Shown here: piece by piece, positions 12,694-24,471 of the stretch
Position numbering within the stretch: position 1 is the first letter of the stretch
How the letters are laid out: every line of letters starts with the position of its first letter
Assembly (NCBI GenBank): GCA_965213685.1
Contig: CBDBZY010000041.1
Location: 160,001-224,000, forward strand
Length of the DNA stretch: 64,000 nt
Reading direction: 5' to 3'
From: a bacterium
Lineage (GTDB): Bacteria > UBA8248
Position numbers and translations under genes: made by a program
The notes under the pieces: model-generated
What the model was told of the DNA's origin: nothing
Seen by the model: only the letters and a program-made list of their open reading frames with translations
Databases searched by the model: none

Positions 12694-13386
12694 ATGCAGC
12701 CGTTGGCACAATACCTCATAGCGTCCATTTGTGTGGCCTCAAGTTGGGCTGCAAACAATAGCCCTATTACCATCACTCTCATTGGACAGAAAGTGACTAA
12801 GTATGAGCTCTCTGCAGACTAGTCCAAAGGTAATGTCCACCTGAACGGTACTACCATTACACTCCAGGAAGGAGGACAAATCTATCTTGGTGACTCTGAT
12901 TTGGATACTTTCAGTCCAAAGTTATTAATATGAGATGCCCCTCCTTAGCAAAAGGCTCACATATGACGCTGACTACAGTACATATACTGCCCTGAAAAGG
13001 ATGTTGCAGAAGCAAACAAGTATGCAATCACATCTATTGCTTACACCTGCAATCATGTGGCCCCACATTACTACACTTCCTGTGACGGTGGTGGATGTGG
13101 GACAAATGTTTTGGATCAGTATCTGAATGAGAGCTTGACACCAACGCATTCAACACTGAGCCACAAAGGGAGTGTGGTAGTAGTGTCACACTTTCATCAG
13201 TCACCAACACATTCAGTCAATTTGGCAAAACTCTGCAATTTAACTCATGCAATGCAGACTTGCAATGCAGACTTTGAGCTACCTGCAGTGGATGGGGTAT
13301 TCTCTCCTGGGCATCGTTATGACTATGAGTCTTTGGGGACCAGTGATGGAGGAATGTCATGGAAGTCTGGCTATACCATGGAGTGA
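12694..13386 (+). pseudogene. GH7-like pseudogene
   Basis: Paralogue of 10768-11661 with an in-frame TAG at 12820-12822, frameshifts, deletion of the GCNCNGALY...YCDA block, and EMD changed to EKD. Confidence 0.85.
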
Positions 13387-14159
13387 CCTATACCATGGAG
13401 TGTGCTAAACAAGATACTGTGTGATACCTTCCTAATGATCTGTGTGGTCTAATAATTGCATGTACACTGTTGCAAGAAATAGATCTAATTGTTACTGCAC
13501 ATTTTTGAGCTGTGGATATAAGTTGATAGTGCATTCATTGTTGCATGCACAAGGTTTTTGTGATGTTTGTTTTAATGGTGTCCACCTAGCTGAATAGGGT
13601 ATATACATCTGGTGCCATGTATACCTTACCTTATGCTAGAAAATGAGGGGAATGAGCTAGGCCAATGAGAGAATGCGAAGATGCAGAACTGCCTAGCTTG
13701 CTGAATATGTATAGGTAGCCAGAGTTCTGAAAACTTTTCTCAACATAGGACTCCGTTGATCTCTCACTCTGTACTCCACCTCAAGCAAAGATGCATGTAG
13801 CATTGTCACAGTGACAACATTGTGACAGCTTCACATTCGACACCCTGCAGTTGAATTTCATATCCAGACTATACTTCATGTTCTCAATATGCACATGCAA
13901 CCCATTTTAAAACAACTTCAAAGTCTCAGAACTCACAAGCTGTTATCTACATAGGCATCATGACTTGTGACCATGGCATTGTCTCAATGTCTTGATGATG
14001 GCATAAACCTTGGATAGTAGTGTTGTGCCAGGTGCATGGTCAAACCATAGTTAGAACCAGTAGTCTTGTATGTCAGGTTTCAACAGACCACTTGTCATGA
14101 ACTAGTACGTACACTTTCAATGTGAATTCAAGCAGGTACCTGGTCTCATGCTGATGGTA

Positions 14160-14670
14160 CAGGGGCGTAAGAAGATTCTTTGGGATGGGGGGGCTGACCG
14201 TGTGGGCAGTCCAACCTCCCTAGGGGGTCTGGGGGCATGCTTCCCCAGGAAATATGTATGCTCTGAAATCAATCCTGGTGTATTCTGAGACAAAATTAAA
14301 ATGAATCATCTTATACCATTAGAGCAAACTAGACAGCTACAGCTAATAAAACTTCAGCTAAAGTAGCGTCACAGTATCTATTACCTTAAGGTGACTATTA
14401 TTTACAGGTACATTTTTTGGTGATTTTGGGATTATTATCATTTTGCAGGTATTAAATTTTTCCATTTTCACTTGAGAAGACTACAAACTAGTAAAACTTT
14501 TGTTTGTGTGTACAAAATTTTGCATTTTTGTGCCAATCCGCAAAAATTTCAAACATTAGTACCTGCAAAAAATAGTCACCTTAAAGTACTAGTGCAATGA
14601 CTAAGGGGTGTGGCCCTTTCTGAACTGGGGGACTGTAGCCCCTCCAGCCCCCCTGCTTCTTACACCAGTG
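14160..14670. mobile_element. Non-autonomous DNA transposon with 5-bp TSD (hAT5-like), containing a nested MITE at 14382-14588
   Basis: CAGGGGCGTAAGAAG...CTTCTTACACCAGTG flanked by TGGTA on both sides; inner TIRs TACCTTAAGGTGACTATT...AATAGTCACCTTAAAGTA. Confidence 0.65.
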
Positions 14671-14894
14671 TGGTAAATATGCACCACTACTAGGAATATA
14701 GGTATAGTTTAGCTTTGCTGCTGTAATATGATTCCTTGTACATGTATATACACGTTCCTATCCCATGCACACTACACACAAGCACAAATATGGTGTGCAG
14801 AGTAGAGTAACTACTGCCTGCATGGCCATATAAGCATGAACCACTGTTGATCACATGTGCCCATTCAAACGGTCATACGAGGCTAGTAGAAGAC

Positions 14895-15770
14895 ATGCAG
14901 CTGTTGGCTCTGCTCTTCATAGCCGTGATTTCTGTGACCTCAACTTGGGCACTGAATAATGGAGCTGTCACCATCACTGTCAATGGACAGAAAGTGACTA
15001 AGTATGTGCTCTCTGCAGACTGGTCCAAACGGTATGTCAATGTGAGTGGTGATAACATTTCACTCATTGGAGGCGGGCGTGCTTACCTTGGTGACTCTAG
15101 CTCAGATACTTTCAGTCCGGAATCCTTTTACCAAATGCCTCTCCTGGGCAAAAGGCTAACTTATGATGCTGATTACAGTGACGTTGGGTGCAACTGCAAT
15201 GGAGCTCTATACTTTGTTTCCATGCCGGCATACAACTCTGCCCAGCAGCCCAACCCAGGTGGTTTTGGTTCATACTACTGTGATGCCAATGATGTGGGTG
15301 GTTCCTACTGCCCAGAAATGGACGTTGCAGAAGCCAATAAGTATGCAATGGCATCGACTGCTCACACTTGCAACCTTGTTCCCCCACACTACTATTCTTC
15401 CTGTGATCATGCAGGATGTGGGACAAATGTTCTGGACCAGTACTTGAACGACTTTGGTCCTGGAAAGAAACTTGACACAAACAAACCGTACACCCTCTCT
15501 GTCTCTTTCATTGCTGACAAGTATGGCAACCTTTCAAATGTCACCAACAAATTCACCCAAGAAGGAGTGTCGCTGGAATTCGATTCTTGCAACAGAGATT
15601 ACCTTCAAAGGATGGGCGAAAGTCTTCAGGGGATTGTTATGACTATCAGTCTGTGGGGGACTGGCCCGGGGGGAATGTCCTGGCTGGATGGGAAGTCTGG
15701 CTGCAAGGGAGGGTGTGACATTAACACCTCACAAGTTTCCTTCTCTAACATTCGACTAGATGATTTGTAA
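14895..15770 (+). CDS. Secreted glycoside hydrolase family 7-like protein, second intact paralogue, intronless, 291 aa
   Basis: Signal peptide MQLLALLFIAVISVTSTWA; CPEMDVAEAN catalytic motif and the same GH7 Cys motifs as the first copy. Confidence 0.88.
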   Translation: MQLLALLFIAVISVTSTWALNNGAVTITVNGQKVTKYVLSADWSKRYVNVSGDNISLIGGGRAYLGDSSSDTFSPESFYQMPLLGKRLTYDADYSDVGCNCNGALYFVSMPAYNSAQQPNPGGFGSYYCDANDVGGSYCPEMDVAEANKYAMASTAHTCNLVPPHYYSSCDHAGCGTNVLDQYLNDFGPGKKLDTNKPYTLSVSFIADKYGNLSNVTNKFTQEGVSLEFDSCNRDYLQRMGESLQGIVMTISLWGTGPGGMSWLDGKSGCKGGCDINTSQVSFSNIRLDDL

Positions 15771-16197
15771 CACTTGCATTATACCCTCTAAACGATTTGC
15801 ATATACTGCACGATTCAATGATCAGCATAGATTGTATATATTACTTCTGTATTTTACTCTTGCTGTTCACTGAAAATGTAATTATAGAATGAAAACTGTA
15901 AGTTAGTTACAATTTCAGACTAACTTTGAATACTCATATGCACAGTGTGTCATGCAACAATGCCTTATATAATGTGCCTGTGAAGTGCACAAGTGCAAGA
16001 GAGTACTGGAGGTTTGTCGTGGAGGGCAAAAATTGGAGTGATGAAGGTCCATTTGTTTATTAAGTATCTCCAGTGTTGTCTTTCCTTCGGAATGTGCACC
16101 TATACCGATACACTGGATACAGAGGGAGCTAGCTGAATGAGGCCACCCAGAGAATGTGGGAGATAGAAATGACTGCCCACATCACACGTACAAGTAC

Positions 16198-16312
16198 ATA
16201 CACACACACTCAGTGAGTGTCACGCACACGCACACGCACACACACACGCACGCGCGCACGCACGCACGCACACACACATGCACGCACGTACGCACACACT
16301 GGCACGCACACA
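16198..16312. repeat. (CA)n/(CACG)n microsatellite
   Basis: Direct sequence inspection. Confidence 0.85.
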
Positions 16313-18680
16313 GTGACACCATAGAGGTCGTGTGTAAGACACTGACACCGACGGAAGGTAAGAGTTCCGACGGTTGGCGAAAGACGCGAAAGCAACAGCA
16401 AAGGTTGTCTCATTCACGCATGCGCACACCCTCAGTCTTTCAGGTCGAAGCAATTCTCTGGCCACACATCCGTCTGAGGGATTCGGACCAAACTCTCCAT
16501 CTGCGTCTCTTCTGTGAGTTTGTGAAGGATGGGTGTGGCTAGTCTCACGGAGCCGGACTGTTACGCAGTGCGTAACAGTCTGCGGGCTCCGATGGGGCAT
16601 CTGCTGCCTGCCTGCGCCCGACCCTATTAGACTTAGGTTAACACCCACTTATATGTTACGTCACTTAATAGTGGATTGCGCTCCTGGCGCTGCAGGGGGG
16701 GCCGGGGGGGGGGCCGGGGGTAGGACAAGATCACGTGTGAGCGTCATTGCTTATTCAGCAAGTCAAAACGTGTACATTTTGCCATTGAAAGTTGTAGTTC
16801 ATAGCTCTGGAAGGAAGAGGCTGCACGGCTTGGTAGACTATTTACAGTTTGAGTAGACAACAACGGATAGGAATTTGCCCTGCGCCGCCCCCCGCCACAC
16901 TTCGTCTAGGAGCTAGCTGCCTCTAGGTTGTGTCAGTCCAGCATCGATGCTGACTGAGCTAGAAAGCTTTATATAGCAACGGAGACAAACTGTACCGTCT
17001 CATACTGAGTTGAATAGCAGTTCTAAAAGCCATAATTCTAAAGTCAGCGCCAGTGACAGTCACCTTACTCCTACAGAAGGCTTTGTAATAGTGGATATTG
17101 AGGGCGTATACAAACTAAAGGAAACACTGCAGACAATACCCGCTTTGCACCAGGTAAGTTCAAGCTGTAGAGTACTGGACTGTGTAGTTCCTACCACACT
17201 TAGTTTGATTGCTTGGTGAACAGAGGCCAGAACGCTAACGAAATTTTGAGGCAGTATACACACGCTTCGTTTTGCTTCTCGGCCGAATGCCTTGCTGTTT
17301 GTTTCCTACCTGCAGAGTTCTTGTAGGAGTGAACTTTAAAGCAAGACTGCACCTGTCGTTTTGCTCTGGCGAGAACCAGCAACGGTATATTACGTTAGTA
17401 CAGGCCTTATGCAACTGGAATGTGTAGCGTCAATGATTGGTCATGTGACAATTACGCAATACCCGGAGCTTGTCCTACCCCCCCTGCTGGCGCTGTACCA
17501 TGTACCGGTGTACATTGTACCATAGATAATACACGCTAACGGGATTGGCAACGTTGCCATTAAACGCGTAATGACGTCACGTATAATCCTCGTTACGGCA
17601 ACGCGCGCGCTATGCGGCCAGAGCTGGAGCGGAATAAGCAAAACCGTAACCGTAGTTCGACCCTAGCTAAGCGACCTGAGAGTGGTACAATACTTCACAA
17701 GGTTAAGCATGCATCTCTCTTTGTATCATATGAAGGTTTTAGCTGAAAGAAGTTATAAAATCATAATTAATACTTTTAGTCTATAGTAGCAGTACTTACT
17801 GTACTTGTGTACTTTTTGTGAGTTCTAGGGAGCATTCTTCATGTCAGTAGTCGTGCATGCAAATAAGAGTTTGTGCACTTAATGTAACTGAAACATACTT
17901 TGGGGTTTATAAGCCCTCAAGACATGTCAATGACTAAAAACTCTGTTTATACAGTTACCATGGTTTCGTACTTTTTAGTGCTAAGTGTACTGAGTTGTGT
18001 CAGAACTTTTAACCATAGATATTTAACCTCACGGAACGGGATTGGAAACGGATCACGTGATGCTATACGTACACGTCTTGGGAAGAGATTCGATCCGCGT
18101 TGGTAGCTGATTAACACCTGCGCTTTTCAGATTGCCGACCGTAAGGAAGAGAAGCAAGCGACTGAATAGCTCTCAGATCCCCGAAACGACTGTTCTCCTG
18201 CCCTGTTTCCCTGTTCGCTCCGTGGAAGGCTTTCTGGCAGGTTGGTTTTATACTAATGTAGTACTGTACGGTGTCTAGGTACTGCTAACACTCTCGCGCT
18301 GTACACTAACCCGCGTTTTTTACGTGTTAGGAGGGAGGGAAGTACTTTTGTCAGCGTTTAGGGGCGAAGTAGAAGAACTGTTTTGGATTTCAGTATTACT
18401 GTGGGGTCCCCCTGAACTTCAAGTTTTGCATGGGCCCAAAAGAAGGCCAAAGAACTCAGCTTCTTGTCTACTATTACACATATTAGCGTTCTCACACCTG
18501 AAGCAAGTGTATTATTTTGTCAGCAGTTGTTGCTTAAACAAAACCCTGGACATACATATAGTTTGTAAAGGCATATTCTGCTGTTGTTCCTGTTTTGCAT
18601 GGTGTCAGTTTGAGTCCAAGGGGCCTTTCCAAACATGATTTACTGATGTTTGAATTCAGGCACTATTCACACCTACAGAC

Positions 18681-21600
18681 ATGTACAGGAGATTTCGCCT
18701 ATCGACTCATCGAAAGAATGAGTTCAGGAAAGCAAAAGCAGCACGCCAGCAAGGAGTTACAGCAGTGACCTTGACTGTAGAGTCAGTTCATGACTCAGTG
18801 TTGGACCTCTCCCAGCCCTTGTGCCCTCCTGCCCCACTGATTGTTAGTGTGCCACTGCAGTCAGTCTCACTCTTCACTGTCTTCATTGACAAGAGTGTGT
18901 ACCTTCATGCACCTGTACGCTCCCTCACAACACTCAGAAGTCGACTTCAAGCCCTCCCTGTTCTCCCAAAAGGTGATTTGACATTGATTTTAGCAATTCT
19001 ATATTTGTGGCCTACTTTAAACAAGTGGTGTACATGTACATGTATGTTACTTACATTATGTAGGATGGATTGACCTAACTGAACAAAGCTGCGAACAAAA
19101 CCTCGTTTTTGCGAAAGTGACTGAGGTTGAGGGCAGCATCGTGGTCATGCACAGCTTCGTCATCTGTGAAGATCTGCACTGGTACACTTGTGTGGAGAGC
19201 AAGAAGTTGTCACCCAGTGACAAGGTTCTTTCAGCAATGCCCCAAATCATCTCCTCAGTTGTCTGTTTGCAGGAAGTTATTAACTTCCTCAATGGCCTCG
19301 TACCTTGTTGCGGTAATGAGGGAGAAACATTTCGACCCCTTATTGCAGCAAGGAAAGGCTCCTTTCTCAGTGCAACAGGTAAATACATGTAATTACATTA
19401 TACTCTTAATATGGTTACATGCATCTATGTCATCTCTAGGTACAGAGAGTGCATTCTATGACAACAAGAGCGATGTCATTCGTTGCACTGGATGTGAGCT
19501 GCTTGTTCTTCCAAGAGAAGGCATTACCAGCCGATGTGAGAAGTGCAGAGAATTTCGCAAGAGCCTCTACAGCATGCGCTCACGAAACAGCAGGAGGCAT
19601 TCTGATGGATCAGACCCCAGGAGTCGTGTGAACTATCGCTTTTTGTCGACGCCGCAGAAAGACAAACGTCTGCAACGCCTACAGCGTCAACATTGCACAG
19701 ATCAAAAGAAGATAGTACGCCTCACAGCAAAGCTGGAAGCTGTAGTCGAGCAGAGAGGAGTATCGGTCCAGGAAGATTTGCATGACAATCTAACTCAGAT
19801 TGTCAAGGAGAATTCCCCAACGATTGCCCAGGAATATCCCCCGAACTCTTTTGCTAGGATATTCTGGGAGAACCAGACACGAGCCATGTCCCTGAAAGAT
19901 TCCCGGTCGATGAGATGGGACCCACTCATGATCCGGTGGTGTCTTTATCTTCGTCACCTCTCCAGCAGTGCATATGAACTGTTGAGAGAAACAGGGGTGG
20001 TGAAATTGCCTTCGCAGAGAACTCTGCGTGACTACACCTACATAGCTAAGGCTACAGCAGGTTTCTCTCATGAAGTGGACACCCAGCTGGCAGAGGCAGC
20101 AAGGATTCACTCCTGCCCAGAGAGGGAGAAGCACATACTACTCATCATGGATGAAATGCATATCCGGGAGGATATTGTGTATGACCGCAACACAGGTACA
20201 TGCATGTGTGTGTACATGTAATGTACATATATTATGTAGTGGTGTATGTGGTATGTTGTACTTACACTTTGTACAGTGGTATTGAGCGTACATACATGTA
20301 CAATGCTGAGGTTGAGTAACCCTGTTTATCAGGGGAGAGACGCCATTTGCCTTGTATAAACTTTAAAGATTCGGCCCACCCAGCTGAGCTGCCTCGGTGG
20401 CTCAGCTGGTACAGCATCTGCCTGATTATACATGTACATGTACATATATGCATATTACATATAAAATGACTATATACATGTACATATACATGTATACATA
20501 TACACAGGTGCTGTACTTGGCTTCACCAACCTTGGTGATATCAATGATCACCTAAAGGAGTATGAACGGCTTCTAAGTGGAGAAGAAGCGAGTATGCCTG
20601 TGGCGAACTCCATGCTTGTGTTCATGGTGCGGGGGTTATTTAGCAAGCTACAATTCCCCTATGCGCAGTTCCCCTGCAGCTCACTAGCAGCTGATGACAT
20701 GTTCGACCCATTCTGGGAAGCAGTGTCTCGGTTAGAGCGTTTGGGTTTCAAAGTGATGGGTCTTTCCTGTGATGGTCTTGCAGCCAACCGCCGGCTATTC
20801 TCCCTACATACCGATGCCTCCTACAAAGTTGTCAACCCATTTACAGACGAGGATCGGTTTCTTTACTTTTTTTCTGATCCTCCACATTTGCTGAAGACTG
20901 TACGGAATGCCTGGGCTAACCCAAAGAGAACATTGTGGGTATGTTCATGCTCATGACATCGTGTGCATGTGTACATGTATACAGCTACATGTACATGTAC
21001 ATGTACATGTGGATGTATGTGACTGCTTAATTTTGTTCTTTTGCAGTGCAATGGGAAAGAAATCTCTTGGTCCCATCTTGTGGAGTTGTATAAGAGGAAT
21101 CGGCCACAGACAGACACACCTGGATTGGCAATGTTGCCAAAATTGAAACTTGAGCATGTGTACCTCTCAAGCTACTCTAAGATGAGGGTCGATTTGGCTG
21201 CACAGGTTTGTGTTTGCACATGTACAGTGCACTTGCATACAGTATGGAATGCTTGTATCTGATCTGACCATGTAGATGTATTGTATGTGCGTACATGTAC
21301 ATGTACACTGACATGTATAGACTTATGGGGAAGGGTACAGGTGTATGATCCAAGTGTGTGTTATACAATTTAGGTTTTGAGCAACTCGGTTGCAAAGGCA
21401 ATGGAGATAACTCTGGGGAATAAAGCTCAAGAAACGGCTAAATTTGTCGAAACATTTGACAAATTTTTTGACTGTCTAAATGTTAGCAGTCTCTCTGCTG
21501 GTAAGCTCTCCAAGAACTCCTTCAAAAGCCCATATGCATATCGTTCTGGAAAGGACTTTCGTTTTCGGGTAAGTGCTACTATAGCATACCTTAAGTAGTG

Positions 21601-22148
21601 TTTGTTATGCTGTGCATATACATGTACATGCTCATGTACTTGAATATTTATGTACCATTATAGTGGTTGACTGAAGAGTTTCTGCCGTATCTTGACCAAT
21701 GGGAGGAGAGTGTGATGGCAAGGAAGGATGTTACAAATGCCGCCAAGAAGATGATGATGCTGAGTATGGAAACACTACAGGGTTTAAAGCTAACAGGTAT
21801 AAACAATACACTACAAATATGCTCTCAACTAACATGTATTCCTTTGTTCTTACAGTGCACTCCTTTGTAGAAATGGTGAAGTACCTGTTCACCCTCCCAG
21901 ATGTTACAGTATTCTTAAGTAACCACATCTGTCAGGACCCCCTCGAGAAGTTTTTTGGGCAACAGAGACAGAGGGGTCGAGTGAACGAAAACCCCAATGT
22001 CTTGGAGTTTATAAGGAATACTCAAGCCCTTCGTATTGTTAACACAACCTGTGCTAACATTAAAGGCAACTGCAGAGGAGACCGCAAAAGAGGAATAGAA
22101 GATATAGAGAACATGCCTATACCTAAACGTAGATGCCACCACAAATAA
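18681..22148 (+). CDS. P-element/THAP9-like transposase catalytic subunit, 8 exons (18681-18972, 19064-19378, 19440-20195, 20508-20938, 21047-21205, 21374-21568, 21664-21796, 21856-22148), 857 aa
   Basis: All introns are GT-AG and phase-compatible with no internal stop. Motifs: SAYELLR...KLPSQRTLRDY (HTH), IMDEMHIRE, SCDG, FSDPPHLLKTVRN, KMRVDLAAQVLS, DKFFDCLN, QDPLEKFFGQQRQRG...NP. Confidence 0.9.
20318..20425 (+). mobile_element. Truncated tRNA-derived repeat inside intron 3 of the P transposase
   Basis: CCCTGTTTATCAGGGGAGAGACG...GAGCTGCCTCGGTGGCTCAGCTGGT matches the family at 38086, 39270, 54504 and 54808. Confidence 0.75.
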
Positions 22149-22224
22149 TGCATATGTATACATGTATACTATATTGATATGTACAATAATGCTGCAATAA
22201 TGGATTAAAAATTTCAATACAGGT

Positions 22225-23304
22225 TTAATGCTTTGATGAATAGAGTTCTCTGCGCAATGATTTCTTTCGTTGGAGAGTCTGCTTTGTGTTCTGTTTGTAC
22301 ATTTCCACACATGACTTAACAAAAGCAAATCCACGTACGCTTATGTAGAGCTGTGTGATTTTGGATAACAACTTTGAAGCAACGCTGTCATCAACCATTG
22401 CAGTCAATAAACTCCACTGAAACAAAATGTCATCATCATTCATGAGGGCACTGTGTATCTGATCTTTTGTGTCCCCTCTGAGTTGAGTTATTGCTCTAGT
22501 GGTGAAGTACCGACGGATTTGCTCCTCCATAATTGCGAATAGCATGTATGTGGAGTCACTGATGTGCCATAATCCTCCTCTATCAATCTTGTTGACCCAC
22601 ACCTCAGTCTCTCCATCTTCATCTGTCTCATCCCCAGCCAAAGAGAGAACACAAAAAATCATATCATCTTTCATTGTTGATGATGAAGACTCCAGATCTT
22701 CCCGTACCTTCCTACATACATACCCTGCTACGTACCGCAGAGCATTCTGTTCCTCAAATGTTAGTGGTCGATCAGGGTGCTCAGATGACTGGGTAGCTGG
22801 TGGCAAGGGGAATTCAGCTTTGATCAACTCCTGGAGTATGTGATGTGACACGAACTGAAAGAAACCAGGGTGAGCTCTGTGTCCAATAGAACTTTGTAGA
22901 AACCTGTTCCAATCACATCGAAATGTTTTCGAGCTACGTAATCGGTGATATGCTTTCCACATTCTCTCCCTCCTTAGTCGTAGAGAGGTGTACTTTCGAC
23001 AAAAACATGCCTTCAGGCAAACCACCAGAACTTGAGAATGTGAGTAGAGGAAGATACGGTTCTCATGCCTCACACACCACTGAGACAGAGCAGAAGCAGT
23101 GGAGATTGCTGCCTTATTTGCTGGACATGGTGCTTTAAAGCTGTCGTCGTCAAGGACTGCATGGACTGCTTTTGTAAGCATCTCCACCGGTTCTGTGAGC
23201 AAAGCAACAATCTAAAGTGACACTTTGCAACAATACCCCAGGATATTTACTACCCCATCAAATTATCTCTACTCCATACACTTACCAATGGAGTTGCTAG
23301 CCAT
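22225..23304 (-). CDS. Second gene inside the P element, resembling the P/THAP9 transposase C-terminal domain; 2 exons (23304-23286, 23192-22225), 328 aa
   Basis: Long open frame; ATG-first exon MASNSI joined by a phase-1 GTAAG...CACAG intron; motifs EQNALRYVAGYVCRK, WVNKIDRGGLWHIS, LYISVRGFAF. Confidence 0.8.
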
Positions 23305-24471
23305 CTCGGTCCACAGCGTCAGTCACCTACGATTCGTGGAGAATAGCCACGTACGATAGAGCAAGCGCTGACGGTAGGCAATAATTGGAATACGCAACGG
23401 CGCTTCCGCTAAATGTTACTGCTTCCGGTACAACGCGGATCGACGTGTGAAGTGGTGTGAATTTAGCTCCGTTTCCAATCCCGTTCCGTGAGGTTAAATA
23501 TCTATGTTTTAACTGTACCTTGTCCAGTAATGAGTGAAAGATGTAATGAGTACATTTAAAAGAATGAATAAGTGATAATTCTTGCTTGCACGCTTACTGC
23601 TTACTGAAGCTTAAGATTGTGACTGTGAGTCTGTGAGTCATGGGATATCCAAATGGTCATCTGCGCAAGAACTATGAAAGAAAGAGACAGGCCTTGAAGA
23701 GAAACCCAACTGGTCGTCCAAGAAAGCTTAAGCTTCATGCCAATAAGCAGGTGTTTAATGTATTATTACAAATTGCTAACAGTAGCTGAAATTAATATAC
23801 ACATCTCTGGTAATAGGATGAGTGCAGCACTTCACCTCTCATTGATCTTATGTTTCATTACTACCAAGTGGCTGGATTGATCAATCACCAACCTCTCTAG
23901 ATAAGGCCTCTGTCAACAGAAAAATTTTCCGCATGCACCAGTCCAACTCAAGTGAAGTGACTTTCAAAGTTCCCAACCCATACAGCAGCGATGGCCGCTT
24001 CATATATTTTATCTCTGATATTCCATATCTCGTCAAGACCGTGAGGAACTGTTGGTCAAATTCTTTTGGACATAGCTACAAACGAGCTTTGTGGGTATGG
24101 ATACAAATATGCATGTGCATCATTATCATCTCTACACTTACATATAAACATACACACATACACACAACAGATCATTGGACAGCACATCAGCTGGGACCAC
24201 TTGAAGAAAGTGTATGAACGTCGAACACAGTCGGGTGTGGCCCTCGTTCCGAAGCAGCTCGCTCGCAGAACAATAAAACACCGCTCGAGCTGACGCTAGC
24301 GCCGGTCGTTACGCGATACATGTTCCTAAGGGATCACGTGACCGTAACGTGGATTGCGGAAAACGCTCAATTACGTTGCCAATCCCGTTAGCGTGTATTA
24401 TCTATGATTGTACACAGCTGTGTCGGGCCAATTTCCGTGAGGCGCGTCTCCGCGAGGCTCCTCATGACGAG

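Larger units (their letters stand above)
18014..23506 (+). mobile_element. Inner P-superfamily transposon, apparently intact, carrying two convergent genes
   Basis: 39-bp perfect TIR CATAGATATTTAACCTCACGGAACGGGATTGGAAACGGA; 7-bp TSD TTTTAAC (18007-18013; 23507-23513); 13-bp subterminal inverted repeat TCGATCCGCGTTG (18090-18102; 23431-23443). Confidence 0.93.
17521..24406 (+). mobile_element. Outer P-superfamily transposon, internally deleted and non-autonomous, interrupted by the inner P element
   Basis: 34-bp perfect TIR CATAGATAATACACGCTAACGGGATTGGCAACGT (17521-17554; 24373-24406); 7-bp TSD ATTGTAC; transposase remnant at ~23900-24255 (NPYSSDGRFIYFISDIPYLVKTVRNCW). Confidence 0.9.

Noticed and set aside
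16320-17440. CpG-rich region with short ORFs as a possible gene or element
   Set aside because: No recognisable protein motif, TIR or TSD; it may hold a divergent promoter or first exon, but this cannot be supported from the sequence
24349-24471. N-terminal extension of the GNAT ORF
   Set aside because: Begins at a GTG inside the P-element end; the first ATG in frame is at 24472
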